DNA of 64,000 nt from Oopsacas minuta (lineage: Eukaryota > Animalia > Porifera). The DNA lies in contig JAKMXF010000311.1 of assembly GCA_024704765.1 (NCBI GenBank), positions 1 through 64,000 of the forward strand, given 5' to 3'. The notes beneath the pieces were generated by a model. It ran no database searches and was not told the DNA's origin. It was given only the letters and a program-made list of their open reading frames with translations. Below are positions 1 to 12,907 of the stretch, piece by piece; the first letter of the stretch is position 1, and each line of letters begins with the position of its first letter. Made by a program: the position numbers and the translations under genes.

Positions 1-1
1 C

Positions 2-3000
2 GCAGCTCAGATTTGTAAATCAGAGCTTTTGTTTAAACATTTGGTTAAAGATTTTACTAATTGGCGTCTTCTTACAGATGAGAATACCCTCCACACTTGC
101 ATTTCGAATGAAAATTATCGAAACCTTAATGTACTGATAGAGACAATTCCTTCAAATGAATTAAACAAACTTTTGTTTTCCAAAAATCAACAAAACATGA
201 CTCTCCTTAACGCCATAGTTGAATTTCCAGAAAATGAACACTCTATGGAACTCTTACTTGATAAAAGATGTCTTGATGAGAATGATAACAATTTGGCACA
301 CTGCGCTATCATATATAGAAATATGAACTTCCTCAGGTTGGTAATACGTTTATCTTCCACAAAATGTACCTTCACAGATAAGAACAAGAATGGCTTAAAT
401 CCTCTACACCTTGCTGTCAAACAATCTTTCGAAGAGGCTGTTACGCTTTTAGTTGATACTTCAGATTTGACAATCTTTAGCTCACGAGATGATACAGGTT
501 GTAACTGCTTACATACTTCGATAATATACTTTAATTTAGTTATATTCAAAAAGATATTGGGAGCTGTGATTAAGTCTGATAAGATTAGTGCTGCGAATGA
601 TAGAATCATCAATTCAAAGATCACAAAGTTGAATTCACAAACTCCTGTTTTACTGAGCATTGAAAAGCAAAAGTTGGAAGCTACCGAAATCTTACTCTCG
701 CATGGAGCTAGAATAAATATCTCAGATGGTAATAACCAATTTTACCCATACTATATCCAAACATACTGCAGCGATCAATTGGAAGAGGTACTTAGATTAA
801 AAGTAGATCGAAGAAACAATCCTCTACTGAATAATCTATGTACAATTGAAGATTTATCTTTTAATGACTCTCCTCTGATATTTTACTTTTTGCAATATAC
901 TTCTTCCGAAATATTTCAAAAGTTTTGTGAAGCATTTTCTTTAAGAAACATAATCAAACTGAATAAAGTGGGAAGTACCATACTGCACTTAGCATCTAAT
1001 AACGATGAACTGACAGAATACATCTTAAAATTGTGCTCAGATTTCATTACACAGGAACGAAAAACTGATATCACCAACTTCATTAATGCAAAAAATATCA
1101 ACAATGAAACTGCATTGTCTATTGCCGTAAGAGAGTGCAAACTTGAAATTGCTAAGCACATAATTGCTATTGGAGGTAGTATTGAGATCGAGTATCCATC
1201 TGGAAATAATATTCTTCATATTGCGATTAGTACTAAGAAAACTGAAATGGTTGAGATATTCCTTCATCACCCAAAAATAGGACAATTTTTATGTAAACCA
1301 AACGACTCAAAAGAAATTCCTATTATTTCCTTACTGAAATCACACGGCACCGGAACAATTAACGCAATTACTAATGTTGTTGATAAAGATTTCCAAGGAC
1401 TTAATGGCGAGTCCATGCTTCATTTGGTCGTACAAAATGGAAACCAAGAAACTCTTAAAGAAATATTTCAATTGAAGAACCTTTCCTTTCCGAATCTCTT
1501 AGATAAGGATAGGCAAACACCTCTACATTATGCCGTAATATATTCTAAAACATATGCCATAAAATACCTTGTTCAACAGGGATATGACATCATAACACCA
1601 GATGCTTATGGGAAGACATCAATACATTATGCTATAGACGGGAAAAACTTAGATGTTTGGAAGGCTATATTTGAAATGCTTAAAAATACGAATAGTCTTG
1701 AGGCTATACTTGACAAGAATCGTCTAACTCTGTTACAGTATTCAATCGAAATGATTAATCTCCATGCAACTAAAGATATATTTTCGCTCAAACCTTCATT
1801 ATCCCCAAACCATCCAGACAAGAATTCAATAATCCATCTAGCGGCTAGCTCCTCCGAAAAGGCTCAAATATTGTCATTTCTATTAGAAAACATACCAAAG
1901 GATCAGCTAGATATCTTGCTTCGGTCAGGCAATAAGGAACAACTGCTACCATTACATTGGGCTATCTACAACCAAAACATAGTGGGAGTGAAACTACTTC
2001 AAAAACAAGACATACCATTAGCTGTTAAGTTTAAAGGAGAATTCTCTTTCTTCTCAAGAAAATTTGAGAAACAATTAATTTTATGCAAGAGAAACGCCCC
2101 AAAACTAACCTATCTATTCGGATACACGATGAAAGACGGGAGGGAACAAACTACGCTAATCCTTACAGACATACCAGCTTTTGCATCCACACAAATCTTT
2201 AGAGGAAATGAAATCGCTAAGTTTCGTGACCAGATCCCTGAAAATGATCTTTCAATTTTTCTTGAAAGCTCCTGTATCGATCTTATTTCATATATAGTCA
2301 ATCACAAACATGTTAGTCTTCTTCCAAAATATCTTAATGGCACAACATTATTGCATTATGCTGCTAAATTTGGTAATATTCAAATCATTAACTATTTGAT
2401 GAAAGTGCACAACCTCAGTATTGTAGAATTTGATAAACAAGAGAACTCTATTCTGTACTATGCCCTACAGAATTCAGAATCAAATATGGTTGATGAACTG
2501 TGTCCATTAATTATAGAACAGACTAAGAAACAGCCTAAACAAGTCAATCTTTTCGAGTTTTCTAACAAGGAAGGGAAGAGAATACTACAGATCTGTTTGA
2601 AATTCAGAAATATTCACGGATTCGTAGCTTTATTGCCTAGGATTTCAGACCTATTGTACTCAGATTCGAACGGAAACACTCTTCTTCACGATATTAGTCA
2701 AAGTGACGTGGGAGAGAACTATATTACACCATTGATTGACGAACTTAAAAAGCGTAAAAATACTGACCTCAGCGAATATATAAACCGGACTACAGCTGCT
2801 GACAAACTCAAACTAGCTCCTTTACATCTCGCAGTAATAACGGGCAATAAAGCTATGGTAGATATTCTCCTTAAAAACAATGCAAACCCTCTAATAGTTA
2901 ATCTACACGAACAAACTGTCCTCCATTACGCTGTATCTCGCAAGGTTCCTGATGAAATTGTCACTACATTATTAACTTACCCTAGTTTATTAGATATGTT

Positions 3001-4614
3001 TGATACTAATGAACAGACACCACTCTTCTACTCCATAACTGTTAATAATGTAAATGCACTTTCTATATTCAAAGATTATCCCATAGATTTCCATAAAACA
3101 GACATAAAAGGTAAATCTATAATGAATCATGCAATCGAAAGTAATAACATAGAAATTTGGAACATTATTTTCTTAAAATTTCAAATGAGCATTTCCAAAG
3201 ACTTCAGATGTGTATAAGATGCAACCTTAACTCTTTTTGAATTAATTCAAGTTTGCATTAAATACAACAAAGAAAATGCATTTAGTGATTTATTGGAACT
3301 TCAACCTTGTATCACCTTTGCTGAGTCCGTTTGGAGACCATTAATTGAATGTTCAATTAAAGAGACTGATAATACATTCTTTCTTGCTAAAATATTCGCT
3401 TACCTGAAAGCTAAAGACTGTATAGAGATATATTTTTACCCAAAATCTCTGAATTTCACTCCGCCATTACTAATAGCGATTAAACATCCAAATATCAAAG
3501 CCATCGAATTGTTGCTTGCTGAAAAGATATCGTTATCAGTCACCAATTCAGACAACTGCTTAACTCTCTTCTCACAATCTGATCCCTCTTCATTAACTAT
3601 ATGTACTAGAAGAACTCGTAGTTTCACTGAGTTATTAATTGGCTACAAAATTGATAAAACAAATTCATTATTAGTTGATCTACCAAAGTTAGATAATACT
3701 AAAATCTACAAATCTACAGAAGTAACTGAACTACAAATCCTTAGCATAGAGCATCTCATTGAAGTTCTAAGATCTCCCTCTATTGAACCGATTAACTCTG
3801 TAATCAACTCGTCTTCTCGGTATAAATTAACTCAGTATAAAGGCTGTGATTTCATTCACTTCGCTACACAGCATGGCTCTATTGAAGTGTTACAACATTT
3901 GCTTAACCGTGGTGTAAATATAACAGCGTTAGATGTAAATAATAACTCAATTCTTTATTATGCATTACTCAATGACATCACAGACATTTTTCAGATAGTA
4001 TGTGATCACTTAGCTGAAAAATTGAAGAATTTTGAGCTATTTAATCATCAAAATAGAGAAGGTAATAGAATACTTAATATTTGTATTGAGAGAAGTGATT
4101 TTGAATCTTTTTCTCTTCTTCTCAATACAAAATATAATATTGAGCTTAATTACTTTGATTCAAGAGGTTATACACTGTTTCACAAGCTTATTTTGTTGAA
4201 AACGGACGTAAGGTTCTTTGAGAAATTGCATTCAACATTCGAGGCTAGTTCTAAATACAAATCTCAAATAGGATTACCAGCTCAGTCATCAAATCTAACC
4301 CCATTACATCTGGCTATTACTGAAGACCTCCAAGGATACATAGATTTTATGTTGAAAGAGAAATATGATTTGTGTGTTGTATCAAAGTGTGGGAATTTCC
4401 CGCTACATTTAGCCATTATTAATAATTTTGAGAAACAAAAATTTGATTTGATTATCGATGCAATTCCAAAAGATAGAATCACCTCTGTTGTTAATGCAAA
4501 AAATATGGATTGTAACGCTCCATTACATTTAGCCACACTGAATGGAAATAAAGATATTGTTGAGAGTCTTCTCAAATATTCACCTAACATTACTTGTGAA
4601 GATAAAGAAGGTAA
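2..4614 (+). CDS. Giant ankyrin-repeat protein (>1,500 aa, intronless here); open at the window start, one in-frame TAA at 3215-3217, truncated at the N join at 4615
   Basis: ORFs 29-3217 and 3293-4636 share a frame. The frame is open from nt 2 and reads through the stop as FRCV*DATLTLFELIQVCIK. Many TPLHxA/LLHxAA ankyrin motifs. Confidence 0.9.
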
Positions 4615-4615
4615 N

Positions 4616-4790
4616 ACTTATGCAATGAAATACTAGCTTATTCAAGCATTTGTAAAGGATCTATTAATCACCTAACTAACTCATCAGGAGCTTTGATCCA
4701 GGGTCTAGATTTACCTAGCCACAATTTGGCCCGAGATATTGCAGGCAAATTCAATTTTGGCACGTGATCGAATTCAGTTTGAGACCCCTG
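4616..4790 (+). mobile_element. Right end of a Charlie/Buster-type hAT transposon
   Basis: Ends in AGTTTGAGACCCCTG (TIR) followed by 8-bp CTTTAGAG (4791-4798), identical to the TSD at 10500-10507. Confidence 0.85.
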
Positions 4791-4798
4791 CTTTAGAG

Positions 4799-6240
4799 CA
4801 TGCTTTGATTTCCTCGACCTAGAAATGCTATGACCTAGTCTCAATCTCCCCATTTCATTATCTATATCTTCTATCATATTGTTGAGAGTTTTCAGAAAAT
4901 TCCATACTCTCGGATGAGGAGTTTTAATGATGGATTTTAGATTTCCTCAGCATTATTGGTAGTAATTTCAGTTTCATAGATAGAAAGCTCCTCTGGATTT
5001 ATTTGAGTAATCCACCTTTTCTTGAAGTATTTGCGAAGTTGCTCCAATTTGCCTGATTCTAGAATTGTTAAATCCGGCACTTGGAGGAAAGTATAGGTTG
5101 GACGAATTAAAGTTGCTGGGAGAAATGGTATTGCCATGAGATTTCTTATAAAATTGGCAGTTTCAGGATTACCACGAAAACTCTGAACTAGCCCGAGCTT
5201 CTGAGTTATGGCCCAGATACATTGGGTAAAGTGGAACCAACATCCCTGATTTTTAATGGTGGGATAAATTTCTTTAAAAAAATTTCGCGGCGCTGGTTCC
5301 CAGTCAGAAATAGAGATTTTCGGTTTGAAATCTGGAATGAGAGAATGGATCTTGGCTATTATTGCAGTATAGAGTTCTTGATCTTTTGACGTCATTAAAC
5401 AATGTATGCCTGGGAGTGCATGTCGATTAATTACCACAAATACCATCCATAATTGGGTTGGCACTGTATAAAATGTCCCATCTGACTGAATTTTGGAAAT
5501 TTCTGATAGGTAACTTTTCATGTGTTGAGAATACATAAAAGGCAATAGCAGTATGGTTATTAGTCGTGACAATAACTTTGTGGTGAGTCGCAAAAGTAGA
5601 TTCGGGTAACATAACTGAGAATTCTATAGCTGTAAGGGGGATCTTAGGTTGCAATCTTCTCCTAGAACGGTACATAGAAGACTCACACTCATTGAAAGAA
5701 ATTTCACTTGCAAACAGACTCGTTCTTGTTTCGTCATCGAAAATCTTCCTTAAATTGTCTTGAGAAGTTTGAGCCCTTTTCTTGCATACAGCCTTCAATT
5801 CATAAACTCCTTATTTATACTCATCATTACCATGGTTATGAATTGAACTGGGATATATCAAATTATTTCCTAACTTTAATTTAGCTGTCCCTTTACACCC
5901 GTTTTTTGATAAAACACATCTGAGGTATATTGTATTTTCTTTCACTTTATATTTAGAATACTTAAACCCATCGGTTGTTGTAAGAATTTTTCCATTACTA
6001 CGCCTATAGCTGTCTGATGTGTATTCCATTTTCGAAGATGTAAATAATACAATAATATCAAGAGACCTAAAAGCTTCTTATACCAGTGAAGCAAGTTGTT
6101 TATAATTGCCATTAAATGAGATTTTTCAAAACAAATCTATTCAGCAATTATTTCCCATTGACAACAGCCATACAACTGAATGAGTCGAGCAATCGAAAAC
6201 ATAGTTAAAAACTGAGTCGAGCTATCGACAACATGACAAT
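4799..6240 (-). mobile_element. MULE (Mutator-like) transposon, 5' part: FLYWCH finger plus DDE transposase, decayed
   Basis: FLYWCH-like YLRCVLSKNGC..HNH (5811-6029); DGTF, GCWFHFTQC and TTNNAEE motifs. In-frame stop at 5811-5813, frameshifts near 5540 and 4940. TIR-like AGCTATCGACAACAT near 6220-6235. Confidence 0.85.
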
Positions 6241-6691
6241 TCGAGCTAATGCATGCGCCCTCCGCGCCCCCTGTCGTTGTCGTGTGGTGTCCAAAGGCAC
6301 TAAGTAAGTTTGTCAATATATAATTAAGCTAATCCGAAGAGCTAAGTATACGACTCCTGCCGCGCAGCTACCGAGCAAGCGCACGGGGCTAATTATATTA
6401 TAATATACTATAATTTAAACCTTGGAATGTATTAAACCACGGAACTTATTTTAGAGCTCAACCACAATTTCAATCATGTGTGGTATATGAGTTCCGATAC
6501 TACTCATGTGACCAGCATTTAATATTTCCTCCATAAACCAAGTCTATTATTTGCAATTCTCATTATTTCTTGTAGCGAACAGGTGTAGCAGGCCAGATTA
6601 TTCCCTGTCCTCGAATATCCGTTATCCGTGCACTAATCCCTACAGGACTTTGTATACTGCTATGATTTGAGTTGGGATCTGTTTCGATGTA

Positions 6692-6876
6692 CAGTGGAGT
6701 CTCTCAAAACGGACAGCCCTAGAAGCGGACAATCCCCTACAACAGAACAAACCTCGTGGGACGGATTGAATTTGCCAAGTATGGAAACTACTTAAGCAGT
6801 CCCGGAGGAGCGGACAGTTCTCTACAACGAACAGATACTATATCCCCAACGTGTTCGTTATACGGAGACTCCACTG
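6692..6876. mobile_element. Tc1/pogo-type MITE
   Basis: TIRs CAGTGGAGTCTC / GAGACTCCACTG with flanking TA on both sides. Confidence 0.85.
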
Positions 6877-7837
6877 TATATGTTGCAGTTCAAACGCGAG
6901 ATTGGTGAACACGAGTTTACACCAGCAAATTCGGTAAATGCGTTCACATTGGTGCAAACGCGGGTAGTGTTGTAGTAGACTATTGTGGCATAATTATAGT
7001 AATTATAATTATTGCAAAATTACCGCGAGATCAGGTTAATAATCTAAATGATAATGGGAATCAGTTTGAATGTCGTGTACCCCAGTGTTATAATTAGATA
7101 CGGGACACCCTAATAATATTATACGTGATGATAGATGATTTTTATATATAAGCGTATTGAATTGTAAGAACTTTCTAATGCGCACTATTTAACCTTTATT
7201 GCGTAATATAAACCAAGAAGTGTGGATAGAATTAATTAAACTAGAAAAGAATCACAAAATAATTCAAATTCAAAATCGTGAGATTTTTTACAAATCTCAA
7301 AATTTCGAAAGTTCCAAGGTTGAGAGCCCTGAGAATTGAATGAACATTTTGTTAATTCAAGCATAACGGCACGATGGCCTATATAATGTATCATGATATC
7401 CTATATCTATCCTGTCTACTAATATTCTAATAAAATATATGATTATAATATCAAGAAATTGATAACTAATATTGCATCATATTTATAAGATATTACACAG
7501 ACATAAAATTAGTCAGATCGAATACACTATTTATATTCCTAAGTTTCTTAATCATTATGTGCAATTATTGATTTTACATTACTTTCACTGTAACTACAGA
7601 TAATGGCAGTAAGGTATGGAGCATATGTATATTAGTTTGTGTTATTGATCTATGTTAATCATTTTGTTAATATTTTTAGAAATCCAGCTGTCACTGGTAA
7701 CCCTAATTATCAACCACAAGGTATCGTACATATATCTACTGTTAACTATTGATTGTAACATATATTTTTTGTTGGTCTGTACTCTGTAGGCAAAGTAAGA
7801 GACTATTCTCATCCTCGTATTAATCAATTTGGAAACA

Positions 7838-8734
7838 NNNNNNNNNNNNNNNNNNNNNNNNNNNNNNNNNNNNNNNNNNNNNNNNNNNNNNNNNNNNNNN
7901 NNNNNNNNNNNNNNNNNNNNNNNNNNNNNNNNNNNNNNNNNNNNNNNNNNNNNNNNNNNNNNNNNNNNNNNNNNNNNNNNNNNNNNNNNNNNNNNNNNNN
8001 NNNNNNNNNNNNNNNNNNNNNNNNNNNNNNNNNNNNNNNNNNNNNNNNNNNNNNNNNNNNNNNNNNNNNNNNNNNNNNNNNNNNNNNNNNNNNNNNNNNN
8101 NNNNNNNNNNNNNNNNNNNNNNNNNNNNNNNNNNNNNNNNNNNNNNNNNNNNNNNNNNNNNNNNNNNNNNNNNNNNNNNNNNNNNNNNNNNNNNNNNNNN
8201 NNNNNNNNNNNNNNNNNNNNNNNNNNNNNNNNNNNNNNNNNNNNNNNNNNNNNNNNNNNNNNNNNNNNNNNNNNNNNNNNNNNNNNNNNNNNNNNNNNNN
8301 NNNNNNNNNNNNNNNNNNNNNNNNNNNNNNNNNNNNNNNNNNNNNNNNNNNNNNNNNNNNNNNNNNNNNNNNNNNNNNNNNNNNNNNNNNNNNNNNNNNN
8401 NNNNNNNNNNNNNNNNNNNNNNNNNNNNNNNNNNNNNNNNNNNNNNNNNNNNNNNNNNNNNNNNNNNNNNNNNNNNNNNNNNNNNNNNNNNNNNNNNNNN
8501 NNNNNNNNNNNNNNNNNNNNNNNNNNNNNNNNNNNNNNNNNNNNNNNNNNNNNNNNNNNNNNNNNNNNNNNNNNNNNNNNNNNNNNNNNNNNNNNNNNNN
8601 NNNNNNNNNNNNNNNNNNNNNNNNNNNNNNNNNNNNNNNNNNNNNNNNNNNNNNNNNNNNNNNNNNNNNNNNNNNNNNNNNNNNNNNNNNNNNNNNNNNN
8701 NNNNNNNNNNNNNNNNNNNNNNNNNNNNNNNNNN
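7838..8734. other. Assembly gap (897 N)
   Basis: Run of N; ORFs crossing it are artefacts. Confidence 1.
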
Positions 8735-9996
8735 CATCTTCGAGTAAAGTAAACCACGAGACATCAGCATCTAAAATTCCAAAAATAATTTCTTCCCTAA
8801 CTACTTCCGACATAATATCTATCACATCATTTTGAATATCTGGAGAAAGGTAATGAGCATTTTTAGGAATTTGTGTATAGATTTCAGCGAGTTTCGGGTC
8901 CTTTGTAAGTGTATATTCAAACAAGTTCCTGAATAATCCATGCTCCGTATTTTCATCAATATCATAATTTCCACGCAGAGCTAATTCATTGACAGCTAAA
9001 AATTGAACAACTTCAGCAATGGACCGTATGTAATATCTATTTTTTTCAAAAACATTAGCACAAACTAATGTGGATATTTCTAGTTGGGATGATTCGCGAA
9101 GCTCTTGTTCACGCTAATTCGCCATTACAGTAAGATGAACACGAGAATCAGCTTGTTTACAAAGTCCTTTGCTTTTTTCTATTACCGATTTCCAATTTTT
9201 AAAACCAATGTTTGTGAAGACATTTTCTTTTGTGCCGTGTGTGAGAAATTGACGGCAGGGATAGCAAAATACAGCATCAAGGGATGGTGAATATTTCAAC
9301 CAGAGAAATCTAATAAACCAATCTTGTTGAAAACTACGACCAATAGAATCCTTCGGATAAATCAATCCTTTAATTTGTATAATGTTTCCTCCTAGAGTAG
9401 ATATATCTGGTATTTCTTTGTTGATCGAATTATATATTTCAATACTATTCAAGGGAGCAGAAAGAGAGCTATCCAAGGAAATAAAACTATCCATATTAAT
9501 ATAATCACTAACTAAATTGAATAGAAAATCAAAATTATTAACATTTTGACCGACAGAACTAAAATTAAAAGGAGAAAAAACTAGAACAAATTATTTGCAT
9601 TACAAGAAAATATCAAAGGAGGATTCTTGATCATTTTAAAACATTAAGAGGCTACGTGTTTCTATGTATGCTAATTTTGCCCATGAAGACTGAATTCACT
9701 ATTCGCACATAAAATGTAATCAAACTGGAAGGAATATATATTGTGGTCATATAAAAACAAAAACAAAAAATAATTTCAATGGTCGCTGTAAAAGCATCCA
9801 TATTATTAAGTATATTTACTAGCAAGAGGAATTAGATAACTAAGATGTATAGTCAATTTGACATATTCACAAAGATTCCCTTGATTTAACTAGTATTTAA
9901 GATCTAAGATAGTAAAGATCAATATAGCTTAGCAAAAATTTACGGGGTGGTTAAATTTGCTAGGGGGGGCTTAGCCCCCCCCTAACTACGGCCCTG
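8735..9996 (-). mobile_element. hAT transposon of the ZMYM1/TTF-zinc-finger (DUF4371) type; pseudogenised, 3' part lost in the gap
   Basis: TIR CAGGGCCGTAG at 9996. Translation RSFQQDWF..WLKYS...VFCYPCRQF..GFKNWK, in-frame TAG at 9114-9116, then ELALRG...GLFRNLFEY...YLSPDIQND...WFTLLED. Confidence 0.85.
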
Positions 9997-10499
9997 CTAT
10001 GTTGTCGATAACTTCCCCATGTGTCATGGATAATTTTTTATTCTTCTACTGTTTGTTTATTGAATAAGTATATTGTATTAGTGAGTATGAGGAATATTTA
10101 ATTACTATGACATCAAAAGATTGTGTAAATGAATGAAAAAGTGGATAAACAAGTGTATAACTACTAAGTATAAATTTGGAATCGACTGATAATTGGAGCA
10201 CGCCACATCAGACACGACTGATTCAATTCCTCTATTATCTCGCTGCATACTGCACAACAATTAGCGTGCTTACAAGTTTGGAATACCCAAGTTGTTGTCC
10301 GCGGCATCAGACATATAGCACAAATATTCTCTACTACTGGATTCCCGCTTTCATTGTCTGAAGTGTCTGACTCATCAGTATCAGAGAATTCAATTTCAGG
10401 AAAGGTACCACCAATAGTGTTGCTTATTGCATTTAGATAATGCCAACGAGTCAACTCGCCAATTCTGAACTTTTCCTTAATAACATCGCGTTGTTGATC
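9997..10499 (-). mobile_element. MULE transposon 3' part: transposase C-terminus, acidic linker and RING finger
   Basis: ORF 10164-10607 contains KFRIGELTRWHYLNAIS, acidic SDTDESDTSDNE and CAIC..CKHANCCAVC..CLMWRAPI. It joins in frame to the 5' part across the TSD. ATGTTGTCGATAACT (9999-10013) is the inverse of 6220-6235. Confidence 0.75.
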
Positions 10500-10507
10500 C
10501 TTTAGAG

Positions 10508-11058
10508 CAGCGGTCTCAAACTGCTGGCCCGCGGGCCGGATGCGGCCCGCAAGCTCACCTTTTTCGGCACGCGAAGCCTTGATGGATTTGGAGCAATATA
10601 TGTGCACTTTGGATCACTTTAATTATCTTTTAAACCTACCATGTATCCCATTCGTAATTGCCTTTATGTTTCTCCATTTATTTCAGATCCACCCTAAAAT
10701 TTATATTTCATATGACATTGTAGAATGTTTGTGTCATTTATGGATTAAAATAGTTTTTTGTTTCATTTCAGAAAAATGAACCGATTGTGTGAGATAATAT
10801 TTGTTTTAAAAAGTAACCGAGTTTGTTTACGTTATTATTTTTTGTCATTAGATTTTATCAATATGTTGCGAAAACGCAAGATTGACAATGAGAAACGTGG
10901 GTTTGATGAAGATTGGACGATAATATCCTTTTGAGAAAGGTCCCAAGGGTCTTCCTATTTGTATTATTTGTTCCTACGATTGTACTGTGAACAAGGAGTA
11001 CAATCTTCGCAGACATTACCAAACGCAACATAGCAAGAGATATGACGAATTCACAAGG
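10508..11058 (+). mobile_element. Left end of a Charlie/Buster (GTF2IRD2-like) hAT with the transposase N-terminus, frameshifted
   Basis: TIR CAGCGGTCTCAAACT after TSD CTTTAGAG. From ATG 10863: MLRKRKIDNEKRGFDEDW, a 1-nt shift, then LPICIIC...KEYNLRRHYQTQH (BED-type finger). Cut by N at 11059. Confidence 0.85.
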
Positions 11059-11445
11059 NAGATAAGTCTAGCTAGTTAACTCAGATAACATTGTATTTAA
11101 TGGTATTTGATGGTATTTGATGTTATTTGATGGTAGTTGTGTGTGTAGAACTGTAGATTAAATAGAATATGTATAACCCACTATAAGTTCAATACGTATT
11201 TCCGTTAGTACCGGAATTAGAATCGGTCCGCCAGGGAGATCCAGAGCGAGCGTAGCCAGTGACTGTTAGGGAGTCAATTGAGCTTCTCCCAGAAAAAAAC
11301 GGTGTGACGAAATGCATATGTAGAGTTATTGGTTGCGATTTATGATAAACCCCTCCCGGCGACTCCGCACTAATTAAAATGTAGGGTATTAGTATAGTAC
11401 GATCACGATTGTGATTCGTCACATATATTGACGATCGGACATGAT

Positions 11446-11600
11446 CAGGGACGTCGCCACGGGGGGGCATAGAGGGCAATACCTCCCTGGTAAATCTCGT
11501 GCCCGAGGGCATGCCCCTGCCCCTTGGTTTAAATCAACAACAATAAAATTTCGGTTCGCTTCGCTCGCATCTTACCTTCAATATTTTTTAATTTCACCCA
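11446..11600. mobile_element. Probable hAT-type MITE end
   Basis: CAGGGACGTCGCCACGGGGGGG start with GC-rich subterminal motifs; no partner end found. Confidence 0.4.
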
Positions 11601-12703
11601 AATATCAGGAATATATTTTGTCTTGATCTACGGAACTAAGTAATATTTTCGAGTGTTATACCCTGGGCAAATGTATCCATCTTATTCATAGATGCAAGCA
11701 CAAATTCAATCGGGAAAACAATCAGAACAAAATCTGCATTATGCAATTATGTTAACTTTCTGGGTAAAACGCTATTTCTAGCGATGGGTTTCGCTCATAT
11801 ACCTTACTGATTGTTTACAGCGCACATAAGCTTTTAAGTTCCTTTTAAACCCGTGAACAGTATTTAGCAACATTAATGGTGCATGACTCCTATTGTTAGG
11901 ATAGCTGGATGTGGTCCAAGTGGTATTTTTTAGCTAGATGACGCCAAGACCTACCATTTTCCTTTTTAGAGATAAGCGATGCGAATTATAGTTTTCGAGA
12001 TCTACTGTGTGAACAAGTTTTCGCCCCTTAGGGAACCAGGCCACACCAGGTTTAACTTGACCGTTCTTAATGGTAATAACTACAAATGACCAAGGTTGCA
12101 ACCGAATAATATTTGGCGAATAGTTCAATATTTGGTTAACAAGCGAATATCAGTATTCGGTATTCTGTTGGTCAAACCGAATAATATCAGTATTTGGTTA
12201 GGTTGCTATTCATGAATACTGATATTCAGTTTGATAGGTTTCAACTTTGCAAATTCCGCAAGTAATATATTCATAAAATAAAAGAATCAATCAACTGACG
12301 AAAGCGCTGATATAACCGCAAGATTGATTATATGTGCATTCCTAGTTTGTATAGAATCCATCAACTTTATTTCAGTATTGTGGCTAATACAATTTTCTCC
12401 ATAGGATTTGGCTAATTTAGGAGATTTTTCGTAACTTCGTAAGTTTTCATCCGATTTTTGAGTTCTAAAGCTCTAACAGCTTCTCTCAACGAGTTCTTTG
12501 ACGGTGCATATAGGGATTTTTGACCAAATTAAAAAAGTTGAGGGGTGTCGGATTCTATATTTTTGTAGTTACTTCTATGAACCTATTTTCCAGTTAATCT
12601 GATCCAACACTACTCTGTATATTTCTTTTCCTCTGTTATTATACGTATATCCCTCATTTTCTAGCAAATAGCAGGGCTCAACTATGACAGGTTAACACGT
12701 GGC

Positions 12704-12907
12704 GTGCTACTCCAAAATGACAACGCAAGGCCCCATATAAGCTCCAAAACTATGGATGCAATTCACGACTTGGGTTTGCCTCCCTCACCCACTTATAGTC
12801 CAGACCTGGCTCCCAGCGACTACTGGATATTCGGAGAGGTGAAGAGACCTCTTCGAGGGAAGAGATTTGAAGATTTCAAACGGCTGGAGAGGGAAGTGAA
12901 ACATTGA
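12704..12907 (+). mobile_element. Mariner (DD34D) transposase C-terminal fragment
   Basis: DNARPH and YSPDLAPSDY motifs, followed by KRPLRGKRF. Confidence 0.9.

Noticed and set aside
187-2301. Short antisense ORFs within the ankyrin gene (similar ones overlap VLIG, TRP and RecQ)
   Set aside because: Shadow ORFs opposite well-supported genes; no motifs.
7642-8924. Long ORFs spanning the N run
   Set aside because: Gap artefacts; only the hAT part (8735-8924) is real.
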